A stretch of DNA of 20,000 nucleotides from an uncultured virus (IMG/VR IMGVR_UViG_3300047673_000352). Taxonomy: Duplodnaviria > Heunggongvirae > Uroviricota > Caudoviricetes. The translations under genes and the position numbers were made by a program. The stretch lies in IMG/VR virus record IMGVR_UViG_3300047673_000352; one strand, written 5' to 3'. Position 1 is the stretch's first letter. The number at the start of each line of letters is the position of its first letter. Under the pieces are notes generated by a model. It made no database searches, was not told where the DNA came from, and worked only from the letters and a program-made list of their open reading frames with translations. Of the stretch, positions 7,570-15,651 are shown in pieces.

Positions 7570-10415
7570 GCATGCCGCAACTGAGGGTTCGCAGCGGGTA
7601 TTCGTACCGCAATGCGTATGGACGCCACCCAGAGATTGTCGAGCGTTTGAAGGAGTTGGGTTGCGAACGCGCCGCACTCGTGGATGCCGGTACGTGGGGT
7701 CACGTCCGCTTCGAGAACGCGCTGAAGAAGGCCGAACTGACGCCGATGTTCGGCATGGAGATTCCGGTGTTGACGCTGGGCGAGGACGGCGAGCCGGTAG
7801 GATTTAAGCCAGTCGCCTGGGTGCTGGCAAAGGACACGAAGAAGTTCTACAACCTCACGACGAAGAGTGTGGCAAATAAGGGGCTTACTGATGCGGAGCT
7901 TTCTGGCGCAGATGGTGTCATTCGCTTTTGCGGTGGCGCGCACACCCTCAGTCTGGGCGCATACGATTACATCGACGTCAACCCGGCTTCGTTCACCCAC
8001 GCCTATCACGCCGTCCAACTCGCGCGGCGTACCGGTAAGCCGATGGTCATCACATCTTACAACGACATGCCGCACCCGAAGCACCAGCGGTTTGCGTATG
8101 CTTGGGAAGTTCGTGACTCTGTCGGAGTGCGCCATATAGCGTCTGAGGACGAGATTTGGGAACAGGTGAAGTGGTTCATGACGCGCGACGAGTTCACGCT
8201 GGCCGTAGCCAACACGTACGCGGTCGCTGAGCAGATGGATGGGGTATCGCTCCAGAAGGCACCGCTGATCCACCTAGAAGGCGATCTGGTGGCACTAGCG
8301 CGCGAAGGGCAACGGAGCCGCCTGACGCGCGGCCATATTACCGAATGGACGGACGAATATGAAGCGCGCTTCCTCATGGAAATCGAGCAGATTCAACTCA
8401 AGAAGTTTGATTCATACTTTCTTGTGGTGTCTGATCTGGTGCGGTACGCGAAGGAGCATATGCTGGTCGGTCCCGCTCGCGGCTCGTCTGCAGGCTCGCT
8501 GGTGTGCTATCTGCTGGGCATCACCGAAGTTGACCCGATCCCGCACGACTTACTATTCCAGCGATTCATTGACATTAGTCGCGCTGACTTGCCTGACATT
8601 GACATCGACTTTACGGACACCAAACGACATCTGGTTTTTGAGTACCTTCAGGATAAGTACGGTGCCGCCAACGTCGCGAAGCTGGGCAATATTAACACAC
8701 TGCAAGCTAATAGTGTGATGGCGCAGGTCGGCAAACGCTTTGGAGTGCCTTACAGTGAAACGGCAAACGTCAAGAATGCGCTCATCGTCTACTCATCTGG
8801 TGACGCGCGTTACGGGAAGGGTCTGCAGGATACCTTTGACGGCACGGAGCCTGGCCAGGAGTTTATGCGCCGCTTTCCCGAAGCCGCGCAGTGCATGGGC
8901 GATCTTGAGATTCATCCATCTCACACCGGTGTCCACGCTGCCGGCATCCTGGTTTGTAATGACCCGGTCAGCGACTACTGCACAGTCAACGTCGAAGGTG
9001 TGGCCCAGATCGACAAGCCAGATTCCGAATACCTTAACCTGCTCAAGATCGACGCCTTGGGTCTTCGCACCCTTGGCATTATCGAAGACAGTGGTGTGGT
9101 CACCGCAGAACAACTGTTTTCGCTTAAGCTGGACGACCCGGAAGTCTTCAAGGTCATCAATGAAGACCGTGTCAGCGGCATCTTCCAGTTCGAAGGCGAT
9201 GCGGTGCGGTCGGTTACTCGCTCTGTTAATGTCGATAGGTTCTCGAAGATTGACAACTTAACGGCGTTGGCGCGGCCAGGCCCGCTTGCGTCCGGTATGG
9301 CACAGAAGTACATCGCCCGCGCCGCTGGCAAGGAGCCGGTTACATACGATGTGCCGCAGCTGGAGAAGTACCTGAAGGACACGTTTGGCGTCTTCTTGTA
9401 CCAAGAGCAGATCATGTCGGTGGTGAAGGAAATCGGCCTGTTTGACTGGGTCAAAACCTCTGCCGTCCGAAAGGCCATGTCAGGGAGAAAAGGCGAAGAG
9501 TACTTCAACAAGATGGGCGAGGACTTCGTTGCTGGCGCGACTTCCCAAGGAGTCCCGATTGACCAGGCGAAGAAAATCTGGCAAGAAATGGTTACTTTCG
9601 GGTCTTGGGGCTTCAATAAGTCTCACTCCGTTTCTTACGCTGTCGTCACATACTGGACCTGCTGGCTCAAGCGCTATCACAAACTTGAGTTTGCTGCTGC
9701 GTGCCTTCGTGCCGCGAAGGACGATGAACAGACAATCGCCATTCTCCGCGAACTCGCAAAGGAAGGGGTTTCGTACACGCCGATTGACCCTGAATTTTCC
9801 GAGATGCATTGGAAAGTAGCTGATGGACGACTCATCGGCGGAATCCAGAACGCGAAGGGCTTTGGCCCCGTCAAGGCAACTAAGTATATCCAAGCGCGCG
9901 AGAAGTGGAAAGAACGGCTCTCGTTTGGGCCGCTGACGAAGAAGGAGTGGAAGGAGTATTCCAAGCACGTCGAATCGCTCGCCAAGGCTGAGGTTATGTA
10001 TCAAGACCTCGCAGAAGCGCATACGAAGTGGGGTCACTTCTACAAGAACCCTTCGCTGGTCGGCGTAACGTCCGGCAATCCGATCATCAACATGAAGGAG
10101 TGCGGCGACCGCGACGAGTGTCTGGTCATTGCTAAGCTCACCAAAAAGATTCTCGCGGACGAGAACGAAGCAATCCGGATTAAGAAGCGTGGCGGCAAGG
10201 TTCTTAAGGGTGAAACTCAGTTCATCGACTTGATGATGGTGGACGATTCAACCGACTCGCCAATGCGGTTCCGTGTGCGTCCGGATAAGTACAAGCAGCA
10301 TGGCAAGCCTATCGCGGAAACCGCGCCGCTTGGCTCGTGGTTCCTGGTCCGCGCCTGGAAGATCAGTGGCATCGACATGTTCATTATCAAGAACGTTAAA
10401 AGGATTGACCAATGA
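7566..10415 (+). CDS. dnaE: family C DNA polymerase (Pol III alpha, DnaE-like)
   Basis: Degenerate PHP domain (LRVRSGYS), GPARGSSAGS, catalytic PDIDID and KIDALG, HAAG, GIFQFE, LARPGP, YQEQ, GFNKSHS, HhH (IQNAKGFG), C-terminal OB-like region. Confidence 0.97.
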   Translation: MSMPQLRVRSGYSYRNAYGRHPEIVERLKELGCERAALVDAGTWGHVRFENALKKAELTPMFGMEIPVLTLGEDGEPVGFKPVAWVLAKDTKKFYNLTTKSVANKGLTDAELSGADGVIRFCGGAHTLSLGAYDYIDVNPASFTHAYHAVQLARRTGKPMVITSYNDMPHPKHQRFAYAWEVRDSVGVRHIASEDEIWEQVKWFMTRDEFTLAVANTYAVAEQMDGVSLQKAPLIHLEGDLVALAREGQRSRLTRGHITEWTDEYEARFLMEIEQIQLKKFDSYFLVVSDLVRYAKEHMLVGPARGSSAGSLVCYLLGITEVDPIPHDLLFQRFIDISRADLPDIDIDFTDTKRHLVFEYLQDKYGAANVAKLGNINTLQANSVMAQVGKRFGVPYSETANVKNALIVYSSGDARYGKGLQDTFDGTEPGQEFMRRFPEAAQCMGDLEIHPSHTGVHAAGILVCNDPVSDYCTVNVEGVAQIDKPDSEYLNLLKIDALGLRTLGIIEDSGVVTAEQLFSLKLDDPEVFKVINEDRVSGIFQFEGDAVRSVTRSVNVDRFSKIDNLTALARPGPLASGMAQKYIARAAGKEPVTYDVPQLEKYLKDTFGVFLYQEQIMSVVKEIGLFDWVKTSAVRKAMSGRKGEEYFNKMGEDFVAGATSQGVPIDQAKKIWQEMVTFGSWGFNKSHSVSYAVVTYWTCWLKRYHKLEFAAACLRAAKDDEQTIAILRELAKEGVSYTPIDPEFSEMHWKVADGRLIGGIQNAKGFGPVKATKYIQAREKWKERLSFGPLTKKEWKEYSKHVESLAKAEVMYQDLAEAHTKWGHFYKNPSLVGVTSGNPIINMKECGDRDECLVIAKLTKKILADENEAIRIKKRGGKVLKGETQFIDLMMVDDSTDSPMRFRVRPDKYKQHGKPIAETAPLGSWFLVRAWKISGIDMFIIKNVKRIDQ

Positions 10416-10570
10416 CAGTTACCGCCTTTCTCGTCCTGATGGACGTTGTAGCCAGTCTGGCGGCAATCGCCGGGTGCTCTTGCGCTGCGGTTGGCGAACG
10501 CGCGGCAGCGCTTGTCTTGTGGATTCTGGCCGCGCTCCTTTTCTTCGTTACTGCTCACTACGGAATCTGA
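10412..10570 (+). CDS. 52-aa two-transmembrane micro-protein (not in the ORF track)
   Basis: MTVTAFLVLMDVVASLAAIAGCSCAAVGERAAALVLWILAALLFFVTAHYGI*; ATGA overlap with the dnaE stop, AAGGA SD, ends 1 nt before the next ATG. Confidence 0.7.
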   Translation: MTVTAFLVLMDVVASLAAIAGCSCAAVGERAAALVLWILAALLFFVTAHYGI

Positions 10571-10571
10571 C

Positions 10572-10988
10572 ATGACCCGCCAACGCGAACAAAAATCCTG
10601 GGACGCCTTCAGCAAGGCGTTCGATCCACGGCAGTTGAAGCCGTTCCGAATCGAGAACCTGTACAGTGGCAGCGGAATGCCTGATGTACTCCTAATCAAC
10701 CGGCGCGGCACCGTCTTCTGGATCGAGAACAAGGCAATCGAGAATTGGCCTGTGCGAGCGACGACAAAGCCGCTGCGTGATGCCTTCGAGCCTGGCCAGC
10801 TTGGCTTCCAACGGCAGTGGCGCGAGTGGCACGGAATCGCCTTCACGCTGCTGCGTGTCGGTCTGGACTACTACCTGCTGGACCCGGATGAACCTCTGGA
10901 CGAGATGACGCGCGAAGAGTTGGTTGAGCTTGCCGTTATCCAGCACGGAAAGACCGAGATTGCAACTTACCTGGAGAATCTGAAGTGA
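10572..10988 (+). CDS. PD-(D/E)XK nuclease (VRR-NUC/Holliday-junction-resolvase-like)
   Basis: E...GMPDVL...FWIENK...Q..F motif, directly upstream of the SNF2 helicase; start MTRQREQ at 10572. Confidence 0.85.
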   Translation: MTRQREQKSWDAFSKAFDPRQLKPFRIENLYSGSGMPDVLLINRRGTVFWIENKAIENWPVRATTKPLRDAFEPGQLGFQRQWREWHGIAFTLLRVGLDYYLLDPDEPLDEMTREELVELAVIQHGKTEIATYLENLK

Positions 10989-12457
10989 AGACCCAACCGA
11001 TGAAGCACCAAAGCGCGGCTATCCAAAAGTCAGAGGGCAAGCGCAATTTCGCGTACTTCGCGGAACAGGGCACCGGAAAGACATGGATGCTGCTGGCGGA
11101 CGCTGAACGCGCGTTCCTGGCGGGCAAGATCGACGCGCTGCTGGTCTTCGCTCCGAAAGGAGTCCATACCAACTGGGTGCTGCGCGAGATTCCGAAGCAC
11201 CTGAGCGCGCCTGCTGTGATGTACTCTTGGAGCGGTCCCGTCAAGACCAAGCGCCAGAAGGAAGGCGTTGCAAAGCTGATGGACGCGAAGAAGTCAACCG
11301 GTTGCCTGCGCGTTCTCACGATGAACTTCGAAGCGATGCTGCAACCAGCCGCGCGGGAGTTCGTGGACGAGTTCATCGCGCAGTACCGCACGATGGCTGT
11401 CGTGGACGAGTCCAAGAAGATCGGCAACCCGGATGCGAAGCGTACGAAGTACATCATTGAGGCCGGTCGCAACGCAGAGGCGCGACGTATCCTGTCCGGC
11501 AAGCCGCTGACCAAGGCACCGATGGACCTGTTCAGCCAATTCGACTTCCTGAAGAGCGGGCTGCTGGGCACGAAGTCTTACCGCGCTTTCGTCGCAGAGT
11601 ATGCGGTGTTGCTTGACCCGCGCTCGCCCAAGATGCAGGGGTTGATCCGCAAGATGGGTCCGAAGGCTGCTTACGCCCAGGTGGTGGACGTTGACGACTT
11701 CGGCAACAAGAAGTATCAGAACCTGGACAAGCTTGCGGCCATGATCGAACCGCACATGTACCGCGTCCGCAAAGACGAGTGCCTGGACTTGCCGCCGAAG
11801 GTCTATGAGCAGCGCATCTTCCAGCTGAGCGATGAGCAGCGCGCCGTGTACGACCAGCTGGAACACGAGTACGCGTACAAGTCCAAGACGGAAGGCGAAA
11901 TGTCGTTTGAAGCCATCGCCGCGCGCTCGAAGATGAAGCAGGTAACGTCCGGTTTCATCAACGTGTACGGCGAACCGGAGTTGATCGACCCGGAGCGCAA
12001 CCCGCGCATGGAGACCTTCTTGGATGTGGTGGACGACATCGAAGGGCAGTTCATCGTCTGGGCGATCTACCGGCATGAGATTGAACACATCGTCAAGGCG
12101 CTGGAAGAGCAGGGCATCAGCACCGTCCAGTACCACGGCGGCGTAAAGGACGGCGAACGGGAATTGGCCGTTGACGAGTTCCAGGCCGGCAGGGTGCGGG
12201 CGTTTGTGTGCAACAAGGCTGCGTATGCAGGGTTGACGCTTACCGCTGCGCGCACGTCGATCTACTACAGCTGTGATTACGACAATGACGTGCGTGGCCA
12301 GTCGGAGGACCGTAATCACCGAATCGGCACGACCGGTCCTGTCCTGTATGTTGACCTGATTGCGGAGGATACTCTTGATGAGGATATCGCCGCGAACCTG
12401 GCGGCCAAAGACGCCATTGCCGATCACGTGATTGATAAGCGTCCTCTGTCTGTATAG
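10985..12457 (+). CDS. SNF2-family (SF2) DNA helicase/translocase
   Basis: Walker A EQGTGKT, Walker B VVDES, LSGKP, AGLTLT, motif VI QSEDRNHRIG. Confidence 0.95.
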   Translation: MKTQPMKHQSAAIQKSEGKRNFAYFAEQGTGKTWMLLADAERAFLAGKIDALLVFAPKGVHTNWVLREIPKHLSAPAVMYSWSGPVKTKRQKEGVAKLMDAKKSTGCLRVLTMNFEAMLQPAAREFVDEFIAQYRTMAVVDESKKIGNPDAKRTKYIIEAGRNAEARRILSGKPLTKAPMDLFSQFDFLKSGLLGTKSYRAFVAEYAVLLDPRSPKMQGLIRKMGPKAAYAQVVDVDDFGNKKYQNLDKLAAMIEPHMYRVRKDECLDLPPKVYEQRIFQLSDEQRAVYDQLEHEYAYKSKTEGEMSFEAIAARSKMKQVTSGFINVYGEPELIDPERNPRMETFLDVVDDIEGQFIVWAIYRHEIEHIVKALEEQGISTVQYHGGVKDGERELAVDEFQAGRVRAFVCNKAAYAGLTLTAARTSIYYSCDYDNDVRGQSEDRNHRIGTTGPVLYVDLIAEDTLDEDIAANLAAKDAIADHVIDKRPLSV

Positions 12458-12480
12458 CTTCACCGCTATGCAGGATAATT
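12455..12480 (+). promoter_or_regulatory. candidate phage promoter motif, copy 1
   Basis: TAGCTTCACCGCTATGCAGGATAATT; 20/26 identical to 16341-16366; ends in the -10-like GATAAT. Confidence 0.45.
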
Positions 12481-12511
12481 GCCTCAACGAATTGGAGAAA
12501 GGAAGAACGGC

Positions 12512-12847
12512 ATGACACCAAAAGTATTCATCCCACAGCTTGTCAAGAAGTACGACACAAAGTTGCGCGCCTTTGTACCGGTGCACAACTTCGATAGCGC
12601 GGCATCGTTCGGAGTTCTAAGGGTGATCCTGGACAAGAGTGATGACCCGATGTTCTTGCCGACTCTGACGCGCAAGATTCAGGACGCTCTGGAAGACTTC
12701 ACTTACGACGACTATTTTGTTGCTGTGGGCGATCCTTCCGTCATTTCGGTCTGCAGCGGCATCATCCTTCGCCGCCAGGACTATTTCAAAATGCTCAAAT
12801 GGGATAAGAAGATGACCCAGTACATAACGATGGAGGTTCAACTGTGA
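12512..12847 (+). CDS. hypothetical protein (111 aa)
   Basis: ATG at 12512 with GAAAGGA SD; 'DYFVAVGDP', 'LKWDKK' alpha/beta protein. Confidence 0.8.
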   Translation: MTPKVFIPQLVKKYDTKLRAFVPVHNFDSAASFGVLRVILDKSDDPMFLPTLTRKIQDALEDFTYDDYFVAVGDPSVISVCSGIILRRQDYFKMLKWDKKMTQYITMEVQL

Positions 12848-13458
12848 TCGACAGCAAATTCATTCCGCCCAACGAAACTGTCATGGACATTGGCGGAATC
12901 GACTACTTTGACGACATTCCGCAAGCCAGCGGAGAAGTCCAAGCCGCGACGCTGGAACGGCTGACGGCGCTGGCCGTCGAATCGAAGGAACTGGGCAAGA
13001 AGATCACTGAAGCGGAAGTCGCGCTGGAAGAGTTGAAGGCCCAGCAAGACCGCATTCTTATGGGCCATATTCCGACGATCATGGCGACGCTGGGCTTGGA
13101 AGAGTTCAAGCTGACGGACGGCTCGAAGGTCACCGTTAAAGAGGACGTCAAGTGCGGCTTGTCGGAAGAGCGCAAACCAGCGGCGTTCGATTGGCTCCGC
13201 GCCAACCAGTGCGACGGCATTATCAAAACGGCAGTGTCGCTTGCGTTCGGCAAGGGCGAGAACGAAGCCGTCAAGAAGGCCATGGAAGCGCTTGCCGAAG
13301 CAGGCTTCGAGCCCAGTGTGTCAGAGACCGTCCACCCGCAAACCCTCAAATCTTTCGTCAAGGAGCAATTGGAAGCGGGCACTAACATTCCGCTTGAAAC
13401 GTTTGGTGTGTACGAATATAAAGTTGCGAAAATCGCACTGCCGCGCACACGCAAATAA
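12844..13458 (+). CDS. conserved phage replication-region protein (N-terminal coiled coil)
   Basis: GTGA overlap, GGAGG SD; 'AFDWLR...IIK...VHPQTLKSFVKE' typical of proteins found next to phage SSB/helicase genes. Confidence 0.8.
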   Translation: MIDSKFIPPNETVMDIGGIDYFDDIPQASGEVQAATLERLTALAVESKELGKKITEAEVALEELKAQQDRILMGHIPTIMATLGLEEFKLTDGSKVTVKEDVKCGLSEERKPAAFDWLRANQCDGIIKTAVSLAFGKGENEAVKKAMEALAEAGFEPSVSETVHPQTLKSFVKEQLEAGTNIPLETFGVYEYKVAKIALPRTRK

Positions 13459-13509
13459 ACGATAATTTTATCCAGCAGTAAACACCACCTCAAACAGAAA
13501 GGAACAGAA

Positions 13510-14367
13510 ATGGCAAAGGCACAAACCACCGAACTCGCTGAAGTCAAGAAAAGCGCCATCGCGGCACCGGCGTTCATGGACAGCAGCGACTTCGGCGCAG
13601 GCTTCGAAGGCGCTGACAAGGACTCGTTTGCGATTCCCTTCCTGCAGATTCTGCAGAAGATGTCGCCCATCTGCGACGAGGACAGCCCCAAGTACGTCGA
13701 TGGCATGAAAGCGGGCATGATCTACAACACCGTCACGCAGAAGGCGTATGACGTCCGCGCTACGCCGCTGGAAATCATTCCCTGCTCGTACAAGCGCTCG
13801 TTCATCCTCTGGGGTTCTCGCGACGGTGGCGAAGGCGGCTTCAAGGGCGAAGTCACGCCGGAAGAGATGGAAAAGATCATCGCCAGCGGCAAGGTCGAAA
13901 ACGTTGACGGCAAGCTGCTCGTCAAAGACGACAAGGGCGAAGTCAATCCGAAGAAGTCGGACTACTACGCAGACACCCGCTCGCACTTCGTGATCGCCAT
14001 CGACCCGGAAACCGGCGTGGCCGCGCCCGCGATTCTCTCGCTGGCATCGTCGCAGATCAAGGCATCGAAGATGCTGCTTACGTCGCTCCAGCAGATCAAG
14101 GTCGATACGCCGAACGGCAAGCGTACGCCGCCGACTTTCGCCAACAAGGTCAAGCTGACGACTTCGGCGCAGTCCAACGACAAGGGCAACTGGGCAGGCG
14201 TCAAGTTCGAACTCGACGGCCTGGTGTCCGATCCGTCGCTGTACGCTGAAGCCAAGGCGTTCTACGCATCCATCGTCAGCGGCGCTGTCAAGGCCGATTA
14301 CTCGAAGGCTGCGGACGCTGGTGACAGCGCTGTGTCCGGCGCTCCGACCGAAGCGGACAAGTTCTAA
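13510..14367 (+). CDS. putative single-stranded DNA-binding protein
   Basis: 'GFEGADKDSFAIPFLQILQKMSP' N-terminus, beta-rich core, flexible acidic tail ending in Phe (EADKF); strong SD and biased codons. Function is inferred. Confidence 0.6.
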   Translation: MAKAQTTELAEVKKSAIAAPAFMDSSDFGAGFEGADKDSFAIPFLQILQKMSPICDEDSPKYVDGMKAGMIYNTVTQKAYDVRATPLEIIPCSYKRSFILWGSRDGGEGGFKGEVTPEEMEKIIASGKVENVDGKLLVKDDKGEVNPKKSDYYADTRSHFVIAIDPETGVAAPAILSLASSQIKASKMLLTSLQQIKVDTPNGKRTPPTFANKVKLTTSAQSNDKGNWAGVKFELDGLVSDPSLYAEAKAFYASIVSGAVKADYSKAADAGDSAVSGAPTEADKF

Positions 14368-14384
14368 GCCTTCGGACCGTCCTG

Positions 14385-14420
14385 GGGAGCCGTTCGCGCG
14401 GCTTCTCTTCTTCCCGTTTC
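14385..14420 (+). terminator. probable intrinsic terminator
   Basis: GGGAGCCG-ttcgcg-CGGCTTCT followed by a pyrimidine run (CTTCTTCCCGTTTC). Confidence 0.5.
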
Positions 14421-14435
14421 AGCAGGAGTATCGTC

Positions 14436-14729
14436 ATGATGCATTTGTTCACTGAAATTGTCGAAAAATTCGACGCGCTCAAAGCCGATTTGACCGGCGC
14501 GGTATCGAAGGCTACCACAGCAGTCGCTGACGGCATCTCGTTCACCGAAGCCGAAATCAAGGCGGCTGAAGTGGAAGTCTTCAGCAAGCTCGAAGTTACG
14601 GAAATGACCATTTCCAAGGCGTTCGCTGCCGGTGCCCAATGGGCCGCAGGTCGCGTCGCAACGGCAACTGCCGCGCCGGTCGTCGCGGGAAACGGCGATG
14701 GCAGCGCTACATCGGCTGCTGCGTCATAA
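14436..14729 (+). CDS. hypothetical Ala-rich protein (97 aa)
   Basis: AGGAG SD; helical and acidic; immediately upstream of the holin candidate. Confidence 0.7.
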   Translation: MMHLFTEIVEKFDALKADLTGAVSKATTAVADGISFTEAEIKAAEVEVFSKLEVTEMTISKAFAAGAQWAAGRVATATAAPVVAGNGDGSATSAAAS

Positions 14730-14803
14730 GGCCGGTCGCCACCGACGAGTAGGACAGCGAAACGAAACGGGCCACTTAAGGCCCGTTTCCACAGGAGAAG
14801 GGT

Positions 14804-15058
14804 GTGTTCACAGAGATCGTAAAAGTCGCAAAGGACGCGACGACTGAGAATGACGGGAAGAGCTATGATATGGCGCGAGTCGCCACGATCTTTATGCTGT
14901 TCACCGGCTTCCCCACGTTCTTGTTCCTGTGCGTTTACTCCGTCACTCACCGCGTATCGTTTGATATGATCGCGTACGGGACAGCATTCGGGGCTATGCT
15001 AGGCGGTATCGCTGCTGTAACCGGCTCCGTAGCCTTCAAGCAGAAGACCGATTCCTAG
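14804..15058 (+). CDS. putative holin (class II, two TM helices)
   Basis: 84 aa with two hydrophobic segments (VATIFMLFTGFPTFLFLCVYSV; MIAYGTAFGAMLGGIAAVTGSVAF) and a charged C-tail KQKTDS; AGGAG SD; directly precedes the spanins. Confidence 0.65.
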   Translation: MFTEIVKVAKDATTENDGKSYDMARVATIFMLFTGFPTFLFLCVYSVTHRVSFDMIAYGTAFGAMLGGIAAVTGSVAFKQKTDS

Positions 15059-15072
15059 CCAGGGAGACCAAA

Positions 15073-15651
15073 GTGTCAATTCTCACCGATTTAAACCCGC
15101 AAGCAATTCTGGCGAAGGTGGCCATAGTTGGCGCGGTCGCGGCCAGCGCATACCTATGGGGCCATCACAGCGGCTACTCCAGCGAGAGGGCCGAATATGA
15201 CCTATATGTTGCGCAGCAAGGCCAGAAAGCCGAGTTCCAAGTTGCCGCGAACAAGAGCGCACTGCTGTTTCAGCAGACGCAATTCCAGCTGGCGCAAGCC
15301 AAGATCGAAAAGGACCACACCGATGAAGTCGCCAATCTCGCGTCCGCTCGCGACGTTGCTGTTGCTGACAGCGGCCATTACGCTGAGCGCTTGCGCTACT
15401 ACCTCGCCCACGCCGGTGGCAAGTCAGCTGGCGTGCCAGGCTCTGCCGCCAGCGCCGTCCAACCTGCAACCGACAGCGAAGGTGCCGGTGGACTTTCTGA
15501 CGGGATATCAGGCCTTAATCGGTATCTCATCCAGCGCTTCTACACCGCAGACGTCATCGCCGCAACGCTGAACGAGGCAATCGACGTCATCGCGCAAGAT
15601 CGTGCCGTATGCACCGGCGCGCTTCCAGGCATCAATAAGGATTCCAAATGA
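15073..15651 (+). CDS. Rz: i-spanin (Rz-like)
   Basis: Single N-terminal TM anchor, Ala/Gln-rich coiled coil, Gly/Ser/Pro linker, second helix with C-terminal Cys; contains a nested lipoprotein gene. Confidence 0.85.
   Translation: MSILTDLNPQAILAKVAIVGAVAASAYLWGHHSGYSSERAEYDLYVAQQGQKAEFQVAANKSALLFQQTQFQLAQAKIEKDHTDEVANLASARDVAVADSGHYAERLRYYLAHAGGKSAGVPGSAASAVQPATDSEGAGGLSDGISGLNRYLIQRFYTADVIAATLNEAIDVIAQDRAVCTGALPGINKDSK
15323..15571 (+). CDS. Rz1: o-spanin (Rz1-like lipoprotein) fully embedded in the +1 frame of the i-spanin
   Basis: MKSPISRPLATLLLLTAAITLSA|C lipobox (Cys24), Pro-rich mature part with a second Cys, AAAGGA SD just upstream of ATG 15323. Confidence 0.85.
   Translation: MKSPISRPLATLLLLTAAITLSACATTSPTPVASQLACQALPPAPSNLQPTAKVPVDFLTGYQALIGISSSASTPQTSSPQR

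Noticed and set aside
7566..12457. Inteins, introns or homing endonucleases in DnaE or the helicase
   Set aside because: Both ORFs are continuous and of compact size, with no intein splice motifs or LAGLIDADG/HNH inserts seen.
11294..12586. 430-aa minus-strand ORF (similarly 5744-6886, 2370-3281, 12903-13718, 7539-8273)
   Set aside because: Antisense shadows of well-supported + strand genes, expected from GC-rich codon bias; no motifs or SD.
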